Below, piece by piece: positions 26,814 to 29,078 of a stretch of 29,078 nucleotides of DNA; positions within the stretch are counted from its first letter, which is position 1, and every line of letters begins with the position of its first letter. The translations under genes and the position numbers were made by a program. Source of the DNA: Anaerolineales bacterium (GTDB taxonomy: Bacteria > Chloroflexota > Anaerolineae > Anaerolineales > UBA11858); the NCBI GenBank assembly GCA_037384185.1, contig JARROG010000001.1, positions 1 to 29,078 on the forward strand. Reading direction: 5' to 3'. The notes beneath the pieces are model-generated. The model was not told where the DNA came from. It saw only the letters and a list, made by a program, of their open reading frames with translations, and ran no database searches.

Positions 26814-27905
26814 CTAAATTAGATCCGTCCTGCCTGATTCTTTAAGCTGCTTCACTGCCTGACGCACATCCTGAGCTCGGCTGCGGTCGCAAATCAACAG
26901 GATCTCTCCAGTATCAACTACTATCAGGTCCTTGACTCCGATGGTGACCACAGTGCGGGGATTCTCTTTTCCGTGCACGATTGTCCCTGTAGTCTCCAGA
27001 GAGAGATGTTCACTTCCCTGGACAATATTTCCGTTCTCATCCGCTGGCAGCAAGTCGTACAGCGCTTCCCAACTGCCCACATCATTCCAATCCAATTTCC
27101 CCGCGGGAATCACTGCAACCTGTCGGGCATTCTCCATAATTCCAAAATCGATCGTTTGCGGTTCAATCTCCGGCCAAACACGGCGGATGGTCCCTTCCCA
27201 CTCTGGAGTATCCCAGGCTTCCTTAATAAGGGAGAGCTTAGAATCCAGGTTTGGCATCTGGCGTTTGATCTCCTCCAGGATCGCTTGTGTTTGCCAGATG
27301 AACATCCCGGAATTCCAGGAATATTCTCCACTGGCAACCATCTTCTGCGCCTGTTCCTGATCGGGTTTCTCAGTGAACTCACGCACTTGATATACTTCCA
27401 ATCCCTGATACTTGCCCAGCTCTTTTCCCTGCCTGATGTAACCATATCCGGTGGCTGGAAAGCTGGGTGTGATACCCAGGGTAACCAGATAACCTTCCGT
27501 AGCCACCTGGTAGGCAGCGGTAAGAAGCTGCTGGAAAAGCTTTAAATTACCAATGATATGATCCGCTGTCAAGACTGCCATCACAGAACCAGGGTCCTTG
27601 AGGTTCAAAGCAGCAGCTGCATAGCCCACCACGGAGGCTGTTCCTCGAGGCATGGGTTCCAGTAAAAAATTCTCGGCTGGAATCTCAGGGAACTGGGATT
27701 GAAGAGCAGGCACCTGGTCTTCGACAGTCATCACCATGATGCGCTCAAGGGGAAAGACCCCCTGCAGACGGTCCACTGCCACCTGGAAGAGGGATCGGTC
27801 CCCATCCAGACTGAGCATCTGCTTGGGACGATTACGGCGGGAGAGCGGCCACAATCTGGTCCCTCCTCCTCCCGCCATGATCACAGCATAATAATTTTCA
27901 AACAT
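26814..27905 (-). CDS. manC: Mannose-1-phosphate guanylyltransferase (monofunctional, no PMI domain)
   Basis: IMAGGGGTRLWPLSRRNRPKQ, EPMPRGTA, TADH, TGYGYI, FTEKPD, WNSGMF, IDFGIME, WNDVGSW. Confidence 0.9.
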   Translation of the reverse strand: MFENYYAVIMAGGGGTRLWPLSRRNRPKQMLSLDGDRSLFQVAVDRLQGVFPLERIMVMTVEDQVPALQSQFPEIPAENFLLEPMPRGTASVVGYAAAALNLKDPGSVMAVLTADHIIGNLKLFQQLLTAAYQVATEGYLVTLGITPSFPATGYGYIRQGKELGKYQGLEVYQVREFTEKPDQEQAQKMVASGEYSWNSGMFIWQTQAILEEIKRQMPNLDSKLSLIKEAWDTPEWEGTIRRVWPEIEPQTIDFGIMENARQVAVIPAGKLDWNDVGSWEALYDLLPADENGNIVQGSEHLSLETTGTIVHGKENPRTVVTIGVKDLIVVDTGEILLICDRSRAQDVRQAVKQLKESGRTDLI

Positions 27906-27930
27906 AGCTCGTTCCTTATCCTGCCTGAAC

Positions 27931-29043
27931 TTAACTATTCCGGTATCCCGCAGTCAACTCCTGCACCGCGACATACTTCATCCCAAAGGTCTTGCGCACC
28001 ATGCCCTTCAGCTCCATCAAAGCCAGAGTCGCTGTGACCTCTTCGATGGGCAGTTTGGTTCTGGCGCTCAGCTCATCCACATGCAGCGGTTCATCTCCCA
28101 CTGCCCTGTAAAGCACCGCCTCTCGGGGATTAGCCGGAAGCGATTTTCGGATCACCTGCTGTTTCTCAACCAGCTCCATATTCAGCAAGTCTAACACATC
28201 CTGAGCTTCCAGCAGGGGATGAGCGCCCTGTTTGATAAGCAGGTTGGTCCCCTTGCTGGTGGGCGAAGTGATCTTTCCGGGCACTGCAAAGACATCCTTT
28301 CCTTGTTCCGCCCCATAGTTGGCGGTGATCAGCGCTCCGCTCTTTAATCCAGCCTCGATGACCAGGACCACCCGAGATAATCCGGATATGATCCTGTTTC
28401 GGGGAGGAAAATTACATCCGTCGGGGGGTGTGCCCGGTGGATAATCACTGATCAGGGCACCCTGACGGCAGATTCTTTCCGCAAGCTCGCGGTGTTCTGG
28501 CGGATAAATATAATCCAATCCGCTTCCCAGCACAGCCAGGGTCCTCCCGCCTGCATCCAGCGCCTGGCGGTGAGCGATCCCATCAATCCCGCGCGCCAGA
28601 CCGCTGATGATGGTAATTCCAGAACTGGCGAGAACCCCAGTGATGGTCTCAGTGATCTGCCGTCCATAGCTGCTGTAGCGGCGGGTGCCTACCACACCTA
28701 CACTCCAAATATCCTCATCCAGCAAACTTCCTTTCAGATAAAGGACGAAGGGAGATTGGCTGATGTGGCGCAGCCGTTCGGGATATGATTTGTCCTCCCA
28801 GGTGAGAATCCGGATCTCATCTTCGCGGATCTCCTCCAGCACTGCATCCAGGGATACTTTTTTACGAACCTGAGCCAGCTGCTGACAGAGCTTACCATGG
28901 ATCCCTGCTTCCTGCAGCTGTCCGGGATTCGCTTCCCAGGCTGCCTGGAGGCTGCCAAAATGCTCCAACAACCTCTCTACCCGAACCGGACCAATGCCCT
29001 TCACCAGACTGAACCCGACCCAATATTTTAGCTCTCCGTCCAT
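27931..29043 (-). CDS. dprA: DNA-processing protein DprA
   Basis: VGVVGTRRYSSYG, ISGLARGIDGIAH, FPPRNRIISGLS, KSGALITA, VFAVPG, C-terminal winged helix (LALMELKG). Confidence 0.96.
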   Translation of the reverse strand: MDGELKYWVGFSLVKGIGPVRVERLLEHFGSLQAAWEANPGQLQEAGIHGKLCQQLAQVRKKVSLDAVLEEIREDEIRILTWEDKSYPERLRHISQSPFVLYLKGSLLDEDIWSVGVVGTRRYSSYGRQITETITGVLASSGITIISGLARGIDGIAHRQALDAGGRTLAVLGSGLDYIYPPEHRELAERICRQGALISDYPPGTPPDGCNFPPRNRIISGLSRVVLVIEAGLKSGALITANYGAEQGKDVFAVPGKITSPTSKGTNLLIKQGAHPLLEAQDVLDLLNMELVEKQQVIRKSLPANPREAVLYRAVGDEPLHVDELSARTKLPIEEVTATLALMELKGMVRKTFGMKYVAVQELTAGYRNS

Positions 29044-29078
29044 CCATCGCCCCCTTGATGACCCAGGGCGCGATCAGA

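Noticed and set aside
1-29078. rRNA, tRNA, CRISPR array, transposase/integrase or composition-shift island
   Set aside because: None was recognisable by eye; coding density is high and base composition looks uniform.

Overview
Ordinary-composition chromosomal segment, most likely from an Anaerolineae (Chloroflexota) bacterium; this is inferred from the Chlor_Arch_YYY/DUF2298 proteins and the mevalonate kinase + isopentenyl phosphate kinase pair. There are three gene blocks. (1) Minus-strand block 15655->1: tlyA, MFS, lepA, UPF0104 flippase-like protein, NDP-sugar epimerase, GT4, SAM methyltransferase, GT39-like protein, a large GT39-like/DUF2298 gene broken by a frameshift near 4190, and a second DUF2298 gene running off the left edge. 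(2) Plus-strand block 15742->23124: polyprenyl-phosphate phosphoribosyltransferase (Rv3806c-like), mvk, MenA-like prenyltransferase, ipk, FZL/mitofusin-like dynamin, dgt, greA. (3) Minus-strand block 29043->23204: dprA, manC, topA with an extra N-terminal CxxC..CxxC domain, and a two-TM hypothetical protein. Best candidate for an undescribed system: an archaeal-like extracytoplasmic glycosylation locus in which tandem GT-C/YYY membrane enzymes are transcribed back-to-back with genes for the isoprenoid carrier and a lipid-linked pentose donor, from two mirror-image leaderless extended -10 promoters. Also notable is a near-consensus sigma70 promoter with a perfect DnaA box in front of dgt-greA. 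I found no rRNA, tRNA, CRISPR array or mobile element. All family calls come from motif recognition, not database searches.
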